DNA of 60,567 bases from Circinaria calcarea (taxonomy: Eukaryota), in assembly GCA_051942165.1 (NCBI GenBank), contig JAVECS010000005.1, positions 1 to 60,567 on the forward strand, written 5' to 3'. Under the pieces are notes generated by a model that was given only the letters and a program-made list of their open reading frames with translations, was not told the DNA's origin and made no database searches. Position numbers and translations under genes: made by a program. Positions 60,110-60,567 of the stretch are shown one piece after another. Position 1 is the first letter of the stretch. Every line of letters starts with the position of its first letter.

Positions 60110-60567
60110 AAGGGGACGGAAAGGTCCTCGATTAGGATTTGAGGCAGTGCGTCAACGACGAATTTTGTTCCGCCCAGGCCCACTTTGATCTCCTGGTATG
60201 AAGCTCTCCGGTGTCTTCGGGCTTTAGCTCACCTAGTCTCCGATCAGAGGTCCTAAGATACCCTTTGATGCGAGAATCTCCACCTGACAGCGGGTAGAGT
60301 AGCCTGCAATGCGCCGACAAGCCCCGGTATTATGATAACTTTCAACGGCAAAAAAGACCCAAAGATCCCACCGCAGATACATTCTCTCCATAGAACTCAA
60401 TGATTGCCTATCCACACTCGCCCCCTCAGACCTTCCCCCGGAACTACAACCTTCAAAAAGCCAACGCTTACAGACACGGAAAGCAGAACAGACCTCCTAA
60501 CCCCCCCCCGTTGTTTTGTCTATCCACACCTCCAGCCCTCCCCTCAAGATTCCAATCCCAAGGAACC

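Noticed and set aside
1..60567. tRNA, rRNA, spliceosomal snRNA, CRISPR arrays, intact transposons
   Set aside because: No T-arm cloverleaf, conserved rRNA/snRNA motifs, spacer arrays or transposase/RT ORFs seen by eye; tRNAscan-SE and Infernal would be needed to exclude them fully

Overview
Gene-dense, intron-rich genomic DNA of a filamentous ascomycete (Pezizomycotina-type: ~50-60 nt introns with GTRNGT donors, CTRAC branch points and YAG/AAG acceptors). The window opens with ~490 bp of AT-rich sequence carrying a RIP-like signature. It then runs through about 27 mostly conserved genes: a JMJD7-like JmjC protein, SPB1, a YML020W-like protein, DOT1, ATG16, YPT7/Rab7, a THI74/SLC35F5-like transporter, PUS4, a Raf2/DIM-7-like RFTS protein, EBP2, HSBP1, a TigA-type PDI, a VOC-DUF1989 fusion, YRB1, TAF14, an orphan coiled-coil gene, a phosducin-like protein, G-beta, SamB/Mub1, a 2OG-Fe(II) dioxygenase, MKT1, a large membrane protein, a KTR mannosyltransferase, DUF4604, PRP19, a SIM-RING protein and PHS1. 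Small patches of decayed coding sequence lie between them. The most interesting observations are: (1) an intronless gene fusing a glyoxalase/VOC domain to a DUF1989 (urea/guanidine carboxylase-associated) domain; (2) a ~240-nt C/D-box RNA-like element (C, D', C', D and a terminal stem) in the long G-beta intron; (3) an uncharacterised membrane protein built like a selective-autophagy receptor; (4) an AT-starting splice donor in an otherwise intact dioxygenase, plus three GC-AG introns. Exon boundaries were read by eye and family calls rest on remembered motifs; no database searches were run.
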